IMG/VR virus record: IMGVR_UViG_3300026288_000092
Location: 1-38,305 of that record
Direction: 5' to 3' (one strand)
Source: a virus
Taxonomy: Duplodnaviria; Caudoviricetes
Length of the DNA: 38,305 nt
Position numbers and translations under genes: made by a program. Shown here in pieces: positions 7,669 to 17,501 of this stretch. How positions within the stretch are numbered: position 1 is the stretch's first letter; each line of letters begins with the position of its first letter. The notes under the pieces were generated by a model, which searched no databases, was not told the DNA's origin, and worked only from the letters and a program-made list of their open reading frames with translations.

Positions 7669-7929
7669 TCAGTTCGGCAAGCCGAGTGCGTCCTGTTCGT
7701 CGTCATCAAACACGGGCATGGCCGCGAGGTCACCCAGAGGGGAGCCCGGAACGGGTGCCGCTTCGATCTTGTTGTCCTTCAGGTACTGACGTGCCACGTT
7801 GAGTAGGGCGGCGATGGGTCGGCCGTTCTCGTCACGAGCAGAGAGCGCCTGACGAAGCTCCCGTGCCAGCGCACTATGCAGCTCCTCCAGCTCAGGGATG
7901 GCTGCGGTTTTCGGTTTGTCTTCGGTCAT
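7669..7929 (-). CDS. gp18: Terminase small subunit (gp18-like)
   Basis: LEELH..LA, LNVARQYLKDNKIEA and PLGDLA motifs; directly upstream of the large subunit. Start re-called at MTEDK. Confidence 0.85.
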   Translation of the reverse strand: MTEDKPKTAAIPELEELHSALARELRQALSARDENGRPIAALLNVARQYLKDNKIEAAPVPGSPLGDLAAMPVFDDDEQDALGLPN

Positions 7930-8207
7930 AGAAATAGTTTCGTGAGGATGTCGTTGAGCCCTCCAGGTCCCTGCGTAAGCACAAGGGACGCCACAGCGGC
8001 GCCCACGGCGATCCACTTGATGGCTTGGAGGTTCTTTTCGATGCCTTGAAGGGCACCGCGTAGAGCTGCGTGCTCCTTTACGTACTCATTGCGGAGGGCC
8101 GTCTGCCCCCGCTCGGTTTCGTCCATGCGGTACTCCAGGATCGACACGCGGGCTTCCACGTCCCAGGACCCGTGGGGGAGCCCAGGGAGGGTCTGTTGCT
8201 GGGTCAT
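7926..8207 (-). CDS. Coiled-coil protein with C-terminal TM helix (holin / XhlA-like candidate)
   Basis: Heptad-like N-terminus, then KWIAVGAAVASLVL; occupies the T7 gp17.5 position. Confidence 0.6.
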   Translation of the reverse strand: MTQQQTLPGLPHGSWDVEARVSILEYRMDETERGQTALRNEYVKEHAALRGALQGIEKNLQAIKWIAVGAAVASLVLTQGPGGLNDILTKLFL

Positions 8208-9319
8208 GGGATGTAGGTGAGCGTCACGATAAGGACACGCCCAGCGACCAATGTCCCCAGCTCATCGCTCGCGGCGACGACGGTCGTACCCTCGTGGTAG
8301 ACGTAGTAGAGGTGCTTGCTGGCACCCAAAGCCATACTCGGGGGGACACGGAGGTTGCCGTCCTGGATGCAGATCGCCGAGAGACGGATAACGCGGTCCG
8401 CGCCGATCCCAGTCTCCACGGTGACCGGCCAGCCCGGTGTTGTAGGCAGTGTCGCGGTGATGGTCTTGGTCGTGGTGTACGGCTCCCCATCGCCGTGGGC
8501 GACATAGCCAGCAAACTCCTGCTTTCCTGTCCACGAGTTGTCCCGGCCCAGGAGAAGATTGAACACGCTGCGCAGCGAGGTCTTTACGGTCGAAGCGAAC
8601 TTACGGAGGACAGTGAAGTCATCCTCCAGCAGCTCCCCGGAGCCGGCCACAGGCAAGCCGCTCAGGTCCTTCGGGAGCGCGTTCTGGACAGCGTATTGGG
8701 CGTCACTGGCAGACCGTGCCGCATCGTTGCGGTAACCCATGGCGGCGTCCGAGTAGGACTGCGCAGCCGCTTCGCTAGCGGCCGACGAGACCGCATCCGC
8801 TTGTGCCTGAGAGGCGGCAGCGGTAGCCACCCCAGCACTGGTGCTGGCCTCGGCGGCACCGGCCGACAACTGCGCCACGGCAGAGTCAAGCTGACCCCGG
8901 TTTACGGCATCGCCCGCGTCTCGACCGGCAGCTACTTGAACCAAGCGGAGGCCACGGGCATCCAGCACACCGGCTGTTGTTTCCATCAGCGCCGCTTCAG
9001 CAGCGTCCTTGGCCTCTTGGGAGATGTATGCCGAGTACCGGGACACGAGGTCCAGGTCACGGGCGGTGAGCGTTGACACATCCTCAAAGGCGACTGGGGT
9101 GTACCCGAGTGGTGTCTCCCGGCGAACCGTCAGGACACCGCCAACCGGCAAGGGCACGGTCGGGTCAATCGAGCTGGTTTCTTGGAGGAGGTTGTAGTTG
9201 AAGAACCCCGCGCCATTCAGGTACACCTTAACGTGATCCGGCTCCAGGAACGGAAACGGAATTGCGTAGGTCACCCCTGTTGGCTTGGAGATGGTGTATT
9301 TCACACTGGTAGATGCCAT
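8204..9319 (-). CDS. gp17: Tail fibre protein (gp17-like N-terminal adapter)
   Basis: YAIPFPFLEPDHVKV, VRRETP, LTARDLD and DAVNRGQLD motifs; Ala-rich stalk. Confidence 0.9.
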   Translation of the reverse strand: MASTSVKYTISKPTGVTYAIPFPFLEPDHVKVYLNGAGFFNYNLLQETSSIDPTVPLPVGGVLTVRRETPLGYTPVAFEDVSTLTARDLDLVSRYSAYISQEAKDAAEAALMETTAGVLDARGLRLVQVAAGRDAGDAVNRGQLDSAVAQLSAGAAEASTSAGVATAAASQAQADAVSSAASEAAAQSYSDAAMGYRNDAARSASDAQYAVQNALPKDLSGLPVAGSGELLEDDFTVLRKFASTVKTSLRSVFNLLLGRDNSWTGKQEFAGYVAHGDGEPYTTTKTITATLPTTPGWPVTVETGIGADRVIRLSAICIQDGNLRVPPSMALGASKHLYYVYHEGTTVVAASDELGTLVAGRVLIVTLTYIP

Positions 9320-9332
9320 GTGTTTTTCCTTC

Positions 9333-9372
9333 GGAAATAGAAAACCCCCTCTGGGAGAACCCGAGAGGGGGC
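9333..9372 (-). terminator. Intrinsic terminator-like hairpin before tail fibre
   Basis: CCCCCTCT...AGAGGGGG followed by TTTTCTATTTCC. Confidence 0.65.
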
Positions 9373-9395
9373 CGGTAGGTGATCGGAGAGGAGGC

Positions 9396-12300
9396 TTATT
9401 CAGCTTCTTTCTCGTCGTATGGGTAGTCAGCGGCGACTGTGTTGATGAGGGATGAAATAGGCACGACGTTGTTCAGCGGCAGTAGGCGACCCCACGAGCG
9501 AACATCCTGCGATGTCGTCTGGAGGTCGTCACTGAAACCGTTGCGGACAACTTTGCCCAGCGATAGGACGCTCTGCACGGCTTGGATCGTCGGGTTGGAG
9601 GCCAAGCTGGATACGTCCGACGTGGTACGCATGCCCGAGAACACAGCGCCTGTGAGCATGCCCGGCCCGATGTCGTAGAGCTGCGGTAAAAGCGAGAGCT
9701 GAGCCACGCGGCCAATCGAGTTGGCTACGAGCTGCTTGGTTGCCAGCCTCTTGTCCAGGAACCGTTCCCGATCCTCCTCGCTCCTGCCCATAGCCGACAG
9801 TTGCGTGCGGGCCGTGTACGTCAGGCTGGAGAGGAGGCCACCCCACAGCATCGTGGATGCCGTTGCGAAGTCGCGGTGGTGCATCGCATACAGCATGGAC
9901 TTGTTCCACGCTTGCATCACGAAGTTCATGAACTGGAACATCGTCTGCCCCACGGAGGTTCCCATAACGGTCACCATTGAGGCCAGATCGTTCTCTTGCA
10001 CAACTCGCCGAGATTCCCGGTGGATCAGGTGCATCATCTTCGCGTTCAGCTCCGGCTCGTCCTTGGCGAACCGCTTGAAGTCGAAGTTCACCTTCTTGCC
10101 GTACTCCCCCCGACCTCCAGGCGCGGAGTATTTGCGGATGGCTGCCTTCATGGCTGCGAATTCGCTGGAGTCGAGCCCCATCATGGCGAGCCGGTTCGGG
10201 GTGAACACACGGGCCTCACCGCCTTCCACCGCAAGGTTCACGAGGTGGTTGGTAAGGGCCACGGCATGGAGTCTCTTTTGCTGCACCATCACGGCCGTCA
10301 TGCCGCTGTAGTCCAGGACCCCGCTAGCGAACTTCTTCAGGCCCGTGTCCAGTGTGTCCAGGGCGCGGTTCGTTCGGGTGTCCCCCAGGTTCTCCACCCA
10401 GTCGTGCCGGGGGGAGAGCTGCATCCGCGCCACGTATTCAGAACCGACTCCACCGATGGTGTTCTCCAGGTGATCCAGCCATTCGTTCGGGGCTTTCCCG
10501 GTACGGGCGTCCCGCATGAGGCGGCGCAACTCAGGAACCGCTTGAAGCGTGGCCTTCCAACCAAGGGAGCCAACGAGCTGGGACATCTCCTGGACCTGGT
10601 TGAACATGGCCCCGCCCATCAAGCGGATGACGTTGAAGGAGCGCCACATCTCCAGACCTTTACGCCACCCCGCGAACTCCTCCTGGGGCAACCCCTGGAT
10701 TCGGTCGAAGGAGAACTGAAGGTCCTTGCGGGCCTGCTCCACCACTGCCTGAGGCACGGTGGTTCCCAGCTCTTGCTTCGTCGCGGTGTCGATCAGGCGC
10801 CCGATATCGGCCTGCTTGTAGACATCCAGATGGTCAGCCAGAGAGATAGACGAGGCCGTCCGCTGGAAGTAGCTGTCGAGCACATCGAAAGCGTTGGTGT
10901 GAATGAAGTCATTCAGGGTCAACGTGCCCCGGTTCCCGGCCGAGTCAATCAGCGTTTCGCTGTGGTCCTCGGCAATGGAGCTGCGGTGGCGCAGGCTGGC
11001 TGCTGTGCGGCCCTTGTCCTTCTCAGGGCCTAGGAACATGCCCCGGATCAAGTCCCAAGCGTCGTCCTCAGAGAACCCACCGTTGCGCACCAGGACATCG
11101 TGCAGGGCCTTCTCATCAGCACCCGTCATCATGTCCTCCAGATGCGACTCCGTGCGGTTTAGGTGGGCATCCTGAACCGCGTCCATGTACCACTTGGCGA
11201 AGCGGCGGTGAAACTCCGGTTGCATGTGGCCGTGCGTTTTTGCGAAGGCGTTGGTCCACCAGTCCTCTACCGCACTCACCCCCCACTTCTGGATGGCAGC
11301 GTTCCACTTCATGATGTCGTGTTTGCGGGGGAGGTAGTTACGGTTCTTTTGCAGCTCGCCAACCCACATCGTGTTGCCCAGGTCGTCGGTCACCTCCTGC
11401 GTTGTCAGGCCACGCTTGCTCCCGCCACGGCGCATCGCGGGGTTGTTGATTTCATCCACCACCGTTTCCAGGATGTCCTGGGCGTGGCGTCCGGCCGCAA
11501 TCACCTCGGGGCCGTACTGACCTGGGATGCCTCGGATGTAGTTGTTCACCTGCTCACCGAAGTGCTCGAATGCCACCCCTTTCTGATGCCAGGGGAAGTC
11601 CTTCTGGCTCTTGAACCACTCGTGGAACTTGGTGTATCCGACCTTGCGCATATCCGCCTGCCAGCCACCGCTGCGGGCAACGCTGTCATCCCAGACGTTG
11701 GCCCTGACTACAGCGTGATCCTTGTACCCAACCGTAGTGCCAAACAGCTTTCCAGCGAGGTTGCGAATCTTCGGGGGAATCTTCTCGGAGCCCAGGCGGT
11801 GCTCCAGGCCCAACCCCCAGCCAAACACAGGGGATAGGTCAGCATTCGCAGCCGCTGTTGCCTCCTCGTCGGAAACGAACTTGTTCGCCGGTTGAAGGGT
11901 TGGCCGGGGGTTCTTCCGGGTGTCGAATCCCTTCTTGGACATCATTGCGTCCGTCAAGTCGATCAGGCGGGCCAGTGCATGGGTGTCCTTCTTGGCGATC
12001 CCCAGTAGCTTGGAGAGACCAGACGTGAAACGAGTCCACAGCGTCGTCTTGGACCCTGGCACCTTGACGCTTCGTAGCCAGTCCTGGAAGCGCCGGTCGG
12101 TAAGGCCGTAGGAGATGAACTCCTTGGCGTTGCTGAGGTAGTTGCCCGCGTTCTTCGGGATATCCGACCGGGTTCTGGAGTGCTTCTTCACGAAGCCGTA
12201 CAGGTCATTCAGCTCGCGGTAGGCTTGCTTGGTGTCGGACGACATCCTGGAAGTCCCCCAGCCCTTCATCGTGCGCTCAAAGCGGTGGACCGTGGCGCCG

Positions 12301-14105
12301 TGAACCATCTCGTGGATAAATATGTCCTCGGTCAGGCCGTGTGCTGAGCCCCAGCCGCGCCCACGCAGGGCTAACTGCAAGTCAACCCCGTCCGCCGTGT
12401 AGGTGCTCCGCATCAAGCCCAGAGCGCCCCCCAGTTTGGTGGACATATCGGGGGCCAGCCGGTTCTTCGGGTTGGACGATGGCCGTAGGTTGCCCGCCCT
12501 CTTGGGGTCGAGAACGGAGAACTTCAGGCGCCGCATGTCGATAGCCTCCAGGGACTTCTTCAGGACCCGCACGAGGTCATCGTTCTGTGAGAACCGGATG
12601 ACGTACTTCGCCATGGCCCCCGGATCGTCCAGGGCGGGCAACTCCAAAACCTTGCCCGTGCCGGTGGCCTCCGTGTAGCGCGGCGTGTCCCACTCAGCCT
12701 CCCAAGGGTCTTGCCTCGGGGCAGCATCAGGGGCCTTGTCAGGCGCCGCATCTGGGCCGGTGGGGGCTTCTTTGGCTACCCGTGGGGGTTGGGGAGGGTC
12801 ACCCCCCGCAAGCCCTTCAGGCCCCTTCAGGGAGCCCGGCTGGGGTGTCCCATCGGGGGCGTGCTCAGGGACGGGTTCCGGGGTCTTTTCCAGCGGCTTC
12901 TCAGGGGTGATGCGAGGCGGGGCCGGCTCCAGGCCACCTTCTATCGCCTCTCGCTCCATGGCGTCCCTGGCCTGTTTGCCTAGGTGACCGTCCAGGTCTC
13001 TGAGTTCCTTCGCCAGCGCTGGGGCACGCACTTTGGCTAACGAGCCTGCTACGCCCCCCACAGCAGCGCCGAACAGGGCGGACATCCACAGGTCGTCTGG
13101 GGTAGCTGTGGGGCGGTATTGATCGCCCACGGCGTCGATGGCAACGTTCGTAGCTGCGCCCCACGCTCCCGAACGAACGAGGTTGGCGAGGCGGCTGGTC
13201 TTGGTGAGCAGGCCCGCACCGCCCATACCCGGCAAGGCGCCAATCAAAGTCGGGATGTCGGGTAGGCCACCCACGATCCCGCCAGTCAGCGCCAGGGGCA
13301 GGCCCATCTCACCCAGCTTCTGCTCCTGGGCCATCGTCTCGGCCAGCCGTGCTGAGCGCATCTCCAGACCCTTGACCGTGCCGGCTTCGCTGAGGTAACC
13401 CCAGTGCCGCTCGGGGAACTGATTCAGGGTGTCCTTGGCGAGCGCTGAGTTCCAATCAAGGGGCTCCCCGACATCTTCAACGGCCCGGTCTTTGAACCAG
13501 TTCCAAGCTGTGTTCTGCGTCTCGAAACCCAGACGAGCGGCGCCAAGCACATTGCCAGCGAAGCCAGAGACCCCACCGAACTCATCTTCGCGCTGGCGTT
13601 GTTGGAAGGCGAGCTGGGTATTGGAGGGGCCTTGGGTGGAGGGGACGGTTTCAAGCTCCGTGAACTGGCGCCCGAGAGCCGGCTTTGGGGCTACTTCGGC
13701 GGGAGCTGCCGGGGCACCTGCGCGACCTCCGTTGAACTTGGACAGGTAGTCCGAGGTTTCCGCCCACGGCTTGCCACCACGTAGCGCCGCGACAGCCTTG
13801 TGGCCTCCGTTGTAGTAGGCCAGGGCCTCGTCCATATTCCCGTCGTGGCGTCCCAGCAGGTCCTTCATGAACCGGCCAGCAGCGTCGGCGGATTGGGTGA
13901 GGTCGTCAGGGTTGGTCAGCCCGTACTGTTTGGCCGTTGCCGGCATAAATTGGAACCAGCCTTGGGCACCTGTGTGGCTCCGCTGTCCGGGGCGGTAGCT
14001 GGACTCAATGCCTGCGATCTTGAACAAGGTGTCCTTGGGCAGGCCGTATTTTTTCTCTGAATCGAGAGTGATTCGACGGATTTGGTCCCTCGTGTAATTC
14101 GACAC
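9396..14105 (-). CDS. gp16: Internal virion protein gp16-like, with N-terminal lytic transglycosylase and internal HExxH domain
   Basis: IESS, GWFQFMPATA, ALAYYNGG and ETSDY (SLT motifs); HEMVH...EF internal domain; C-terminal FQFMNF; synteny. Confidence 0.88.
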   Translation of the reverse strand: MSNYTRDQIRRITLDSEKKYGLPKDTLFKIAGIESSYRPGQRSHTGAQGWFQFMPATAKQYGLTNPDDLTQSADAAGRFMKDLLGRHDGNMDEALAYYNGGHKAVAALRGGKPWAETSDYLSKFNGGRAGAPAAPAEVAPKPALGRQFTELETVPSTQGPSNTQLAFQQRQREDEFGGVSGFAGNVLGAARLGFETQNTAWNWFKDRAVEDVGEPLDWNSALAKDTLNQFPERHWGYLSEAGTVKGLEMRSARLAETMAQEQKLGEMGLPLALTGGIVGGLPDIPTLIGALPGMGGAGLLTKTSRLANLVRSGAWGAATNVAIDAVGDQYRPTATPDDLWMSALFGAAVGGVAGSLAKVRAPALAKELRDLDGHLGKQARDAMEREAIEGGLEPAPPRITPEKPLEKTPEPVPEHAPDGTPQPGSLKGPEGLAGGDPPQPPRVAKEAPTGPDAAPDKAPDAAPRQDPWEAEWDTPRYTEATGTGKVLELPALDDPGAMAKYVIRFSQNDDLVRVLKKSLEAIDMRRLKFSVLDPKRAGNLRPSSNPKNRLAPDMSTKLGGALGLMRSTYTADGVDLQLALRGRGWGSAHGLTEDIFIHEMVHGATVHRFERTMKGWGTSRMSSDTKQAYRELNDLYGFVKKHSRTRSDIPKNAGNYLSNAKEFISYGLTDRRFQDWLRSVKVPGSKTTLWTRFTSGLSKLLGIAKKDTHALARLIDLTDAMMSKKGFDTRKNPRPTLQPANKFVSDEEATAAANADLSPVFGWGLGLEHRLGSEKIPPKIRNLAGKLFGTTVGYKDHAVVRANVWDDSVARSGGWQADMRKVGYTKFHEWFKSQKDFPWHQKGVAFEHFGEQVNNYIRGIPGQYGPEVIAAGRHAQDILETVVDEINNPAMRRGGSKRGLTTQEVTDDLGNTMWVGELQKNRNYLPRKHDIMKWNAAIQKWGVSAVEDWWTNAFAKTHGHMQPEFHRRFAKWYMDAVQDAHLNRTESHLEDMMTGADEKALHDVLVRNGGFSEDDAWDLIRGMFLGPEKDKGRTAASLRHRSSIAEDHSETLIDSAGNRGTLTLNDFIHTNAFDVLDSYFQRTASSISLADHLDVYKQADIGRLIDTATKQELGTTVPQAVVEQARKDLQFSFDRIQGLPQEEFAGWRKGLEMWRSFNVIRLMGGAMFNQVQEMSQLVGSLGWKATLQAVPELRRLMRDARTGKAPNEWLDHLENTIGGVGSEYVARMQLSPRHDWVENLGDTRTNRALDTLDTGLKKFASGVLDYSGMTAVMVQQKRLHAVALTNHLVNLAVEGGEARVFTPNRLAMMGLDSSEFAAMKAAIRKYSAPGGRGEYGKKVNFDFKRFAKDEPELNAKMMHLIHRESRRVVQENDLASMVTVMGTSVGQTMFQFMNFVMQAWNKSMLYAMHHRDFATASTMLWGGLLSSLTYTARTQLSAMGRSEEDRERFLDKRLATKQLVANSIGRVAQLSLLPQLYDIGPGMLTGAVFSGMRTTSDVSSLASNPTIQAVQSVLSLGKVVRNGFSDDLQTTSQDVRSWGRLLPLNNVVPISSLINTVAADYPYDEKEAE

Positions 14106-14128
14106 GGGTGCTCCTCCTTTTGAATAGC

Positions 14129-14182
14129 CGGCTACCCGAAGGTGGCCGTGGTTTAGAAAAAGAAAAACCGCCCGAAGGCGGC
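14129..14182 (-). terminator. Terminator and second UUCG hairpin between gp15 and gp16
   Basis: GCCGCC-TTCG-GGCGGT followed by TTTTCTTTTT, then CGGCCACC-TTCG-GGTAGCCG. Confidence 0.75.
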
Positions 14183-14204
14183 TTGAGGGGGAAGCCGGAA
14201 TGGC

Positions 14205-16544
14205 TTACTTGGTAGGGCGGCGGCGGGGCGGATACAGCCGCTCCAACTCGTCCAGGTTCTTGGCTTCGTTGCCGTCCGCCACAGCGCGGCGATAGGCGTC
14301 CAGGGACAGGATGCGGCTGTGGAATCCCGGCTGGCCGTAGCGAAGCTGGTAACTCTTGGCCATCTCCAGTTCACGCGCGGCTCTCCAGGCCCCGTAGGAG
14401 TCCTGTTCGGCCTGACCGCTCAGGCGTTTCTCACCAGCCACAGCGGCGGAATTGATCCGTTGCTCTCGCTCGGTGAAAGTGCGCCGCTCGATGTCTGCGG
14501 CTCGGTAAGTGAGCTGGTGCCAGCCATCTCCCGTGAGCGGGACACCGGCCGCGAAAGCCCGGTAAGCGTTGTCCGCAGGGGACCACACGAGGTTCACTTC
14601 GCTGGCCTTGATGCCGGGGTGCTTGAGAGCTTCCGGCTTGACCACATCGTCAATGAACTTCTCGAACCAGTATTCGGGAGCCTCCCCCGGTGGGGCCTTG
14701 GGCAGCTCCGTCCGCATGTAGACAAAGCCGTTGACTTTGACGCTCACGGCCGGGCTCGCTAGGTACTCACCAGCGCTCTTGCGGGCGGACTCCAGGTCCG
14801 GGTACATGCCGGATCGGACCATTAGCTCGGTAATCCGGCCCAGCCGACTGGCGACTTGGACGGAGTTCCCGGTGGTGTTGGTCCCGAACATTCTCTGCAC
14901 CCAGCCCCACTTGTAGAAGGGCTCGGCCAGCATCTTGGCGGTGTCCGCCTGCACTTGCTTGACAAGGCCCCGCGTGTGGTCGCTCAGGATGTCGTTTCGG
15001 TCCACGTTCGCGGCCATAGCTGCGGCAGTGTTGGGTGGCATCCCGCCAGACATCAAGATGCTGACGTTCTCGTACTGCTCATACGACTTTTCGCCCAGCA
15101 TGTTCTTGAGGTAGCGGGGCTGTTGCCGGTTGACCTGCTCGAACAGCTTAATGGAGTCCATCGCGGCGCTGTTCAACTCACCCACTGGTTTGCCGGGGGT
15201 GGCCCCAGCAAGGGACGAGAAGTTCATCAGGCCAGCCGAGAACTGCGCCTTCCAGTCGGGGTTCTCCAGGTCATTGGAAGCCCACACAGCCGAGGCTTTA
15301 TCCGGGGTCATCCCTGCGGTCATGCTTGCCACCTCCTGGGCAGCGAAGCGGTCCACGTCGAAGTCTTTCAGGCCACCCGTGGCGGTCAGCACCTGGGGCC
15401 GTTCGGCGCCCCGGAGGGTCCACAACTGGCCTGACGACACAGCGGCCCGGACGGCTTGCTCGGCACCCCAGACGGACCCGTCAATGGCGCCTTGCTTGGT
15501 GACCCTCTGCCGTACCTCCTCCTGCCGGGCTTGGGCTGCTCGGTTGGCGTGCAACAGACTCATGTACTGCGGTGTGGTCAGGTACTTCTCGTTGACGTTG
15601 GCGAAGGTGTCCAGCTTCTCGACGCTGAGGCGACCCTCGTCTGCGTCACGGTAGAAGTCCCGGAGCTGCACGTCGATATCTTGGCGCAGCGATTGGTCCC
15701 TCTTGTTCGTTGCTTGAGCCAGCAGGGTTGCCGTGGGGGCCTCGCCCAGGAGGTTGCGGATGGTGCCGATGCCGGGCAGCTCGGAGTCCACCAGGGATTC
15801 AACGAGTTCCGTGTGACCGCTTAGCGCTGCGCGGGTGATGACCTCCTTGAGGGCACCTTCAGCGGCCCTGCCGGGCATGTGGGTGCCTTGGCGCAGCTTC
15901 TGGTACTGACTCAGGATGGTCTTGGCGGCGTCCTGCTGGCTCCCCTTGAAGTCGCTTCCCGTCACCGTGATGAGGGTGTTCGCCAGACTGTCGGTGACCT
16001 CGTTGGTGGCCTGTGTGACCAGCCGCTTGTCGCGCTCCTGGGAGGCTGCTGCCATGAACTTCTGGCGCATCTGGTCGTGCCCCTTATCGAACCCCGCAGC
16101 GGCGTACTGGGATTGTCCCGACAGCGTGGTGTTCCGCTGCTCGGTGAGGTAGTTGTCCATCTCCTCTGGGCTGTTGAAGGTCATCTCCCCTGTGCCGATC
16201 TTGGATAGAACGTCCCGCTCAAGGGCTGCGGCTGCGTTACCCCCCCAGATGTTCTGGAGGGTGGCGGCGAACACGGGGGAGTCGGAGGCCATCAGCTCCT
16301 GGTTACGGACCTTCTTGCCCAGCTCTGCCACCGTCATCGAGTTGGCATATTGCTGGGCGCGGCCCCGGTCGGTGTGGTCCTTGGTTGCCTGAGCCTGTTG
16401 CGCCAGGAGTTCCCCTTGGGCGAAGACCTTTGCCAGCCCCTCGTAGCGGGCGCCGGGCTGCTGCTCGGTGGTGAACACCGGCTGGGCCTGGGTGCGCAAA
16501 CGCTCTTGCCCGAACTGGTTGTCGGTGGGGGCGCGGTTCTGCAT
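14205..16544 (-). CDS. Internal virion protein gp15-like
   Basis: 779-aa helical protein between the gp14- and gp16-like genes; call rests on synteny and size. Confidence 0.75.
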   Translation of the reverse strand: MQNRAPTDNQFGQERLRTQAQPVFTTEQQPGARYEGLAKVFAQGELLAQQAQATKDHTDRGRAQQYANSMTVAELGKKVRNQELMASDSPVFAATLQNIWGGNAAAALERDVLSKIGTGEMTFNSPEEMDNYLTEQRNTTLSGQSQYAAAGFDKGHDQMRQKFMAAASQERDKRLVTQATNEVTDSLANTLITVTGSDFKGSQQDAAKTILSQYQKLRQGTHMPGRAAEGALKEVITRAALSGHTELVESLVDSELPGIGTIRNLLGEAPTATLLAQATNKRDQSLRQDIDVQLRDFYRDADEGRLSVEKLDTFANVNEKYLTTPQYMSLLHANRAAQARQEEVRQRVTKQGAIDGSVWGAEQAVRAAVSSGQLWTLRGAERPQVLTATGGLKDFDVDRFAAQEVASMTAGMTPDKASAVWASNDLENPDWKAQFSAGLMNFSSLAGATPGKPVGELNSAAMDSIKLFEQVNRQQPRYLKNMLGEKSYEQYENVSILMSGGMPPNTAAAMAANVDRNDILSDHTRGLVKQVQADTAKMLAEPFYKWGWVQRMFGTNTTGNSVQVASRLGRITELMVRSGMYPDLESARKSAGEYLASPAVSVKVNGFVYMRTELPKAPPGEAPEYWFEKFIDDVVKPEALKHPGIKASEVNLVWSPADNAYRAFAAGVPLTGDGWHQLTYRAADIERRTFTEREQRINSAAVAGEKRLSGQAEQDSYGAWRAARELEMAKSYQLRYGQPGFHSRILSLDAYRRAVADGNEAKNLDELERLYPPRRRPTK

Positions 16545-17050
16545 CAGATACCTCCCCGCGCCGCTTTGCGCTTATTCACGTAGTTCAGGCCGGTGTTGGC
16601 TATCTGGAGTCCGGCGCCCAGGTATTCAGCCACGCCTACATCGCGTATGGCGGCTTTCTGGGACACAGCGCCCCGGCGCAGCGCCTCTGCTTGGTCGGCG
16701 CGGGCTTGCGCTGAGCGGGTGTAATTGATGTCGGACGTGGTGCCGGCCTCCAAACCCTTGCCTGCCAAGTCGAGCAGCAGGGCGTCAACGCTAAGACCGC
16801 CTACCTCGGCGCCGGCAGCAGCAGCTCGGGCCGATGCCGTCCGGGACTCGGTGTCGTTCTTGATCTTGGTTTGCTCGACGGAGGCGTTCTCACGATCCTC
16901 CACGCCTTGGCGGTTTAGTGCCGAGTAGTTGTCTACGGTGGCTTTGTTGATGGCCTCGTTCTGGGCCGATGCGGCACGAGCCTGGGCGTTCACGCCTAGA
17001 GCTGTCCCGGCGATAGACAGGCCGGCGGAAATAAGGGCCGGTTCACACAT
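16544..17050 (-). CDS. Internal virion protein gp14-like
   Basis: MCEP start with GGAGG SD, Ala/Gln-rich, GGLSVDALL motif. Confidence 0.8.
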   Translation of the reverse strand: MCEPALISAGLSIAGTALGVNAQARAASAQNEAINKATVDNYSALNRQGVEDRENASVEQTKIKNDTESRTASARAAAAGAEVGGLSVDALLLDLAGKGLEAGTTSDINYTRSAQARADQAEALRRGAVSQKAAIRDVGVAEYLGAGLQIANTGLNYVNKRKAARGGI

Positions 17051-17501
17051 GGTTGGTCCTCCAAAAGTTAAGGAAATTGGGGCGGGTGGTGGGGGAAGGC
17101 TCGACGGTGAATCCAAGCCAGCGAAGCCAGCGGACGTGCAGCGTGTTGCCCTCCCAGACTTGGTGGTGCAGCAGGGGGTACTTGAGGTGCATCTCTGCGA
17201 CCACGGAGCGCGAGCCGCGCAGGAACGGCACGGCGATGTCCTGAATGCAGTCCGCCCCCAGCAACCACGGGGAGCCCCTGCCGTGGCCTTGGGGGACCAC
17301 CCCGTAGATTGCTGCCACCTCTCCCTCAGCAGTCACAACGGCGCGTGCCTCAGCGGAGTACACCAAGCCCCGCATCAAGGCGTCGTAAGGGCCTGAATGG
17401 GAGCCCAAAGCGAGTTCCCTGAGGTCGGCGTCCCGCATGGTCACGGCCAGCTCAGCGGCGTCGTCCGGGGTAGCCAGCCGGGTGTGGGGCTTGTCAAACA
17501 C
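17043..17501 (-). CDS. gp13-like protein (acetyltransferase-like fold)
   Basis: MRDADLREL, PWLLG, NTLHVRWLRWLGF; follows tail tube B. Confidence 0.8.
   Translation of the reverse strand: MFDKPHTRLATPDDAAELAVTMRDADLRELALGSHSGPYDALMRGLVYSAEARAVVTAEGEVAAIYGVVPQGHGRGSPWLLGADCIQDIAVPFLRGSRSVVAEMHLKYPLLHHQVWEGNTLHVRWLRWLGFTVEPSPTTRPNFLNFWRTNHV

Noticed and set aside
10800..10810. CCCGATATCGG inside gp16 as another operator
   Set aside because: Lacks the GAGA flanks and the tandem unit; plausible by chance.
9996..11837. Long plus-strand ORFs opposite gp16 (and similar ones elsewhere)
   Set aside because: Shadow frames arising from codon bias of the real minus-strand genes.
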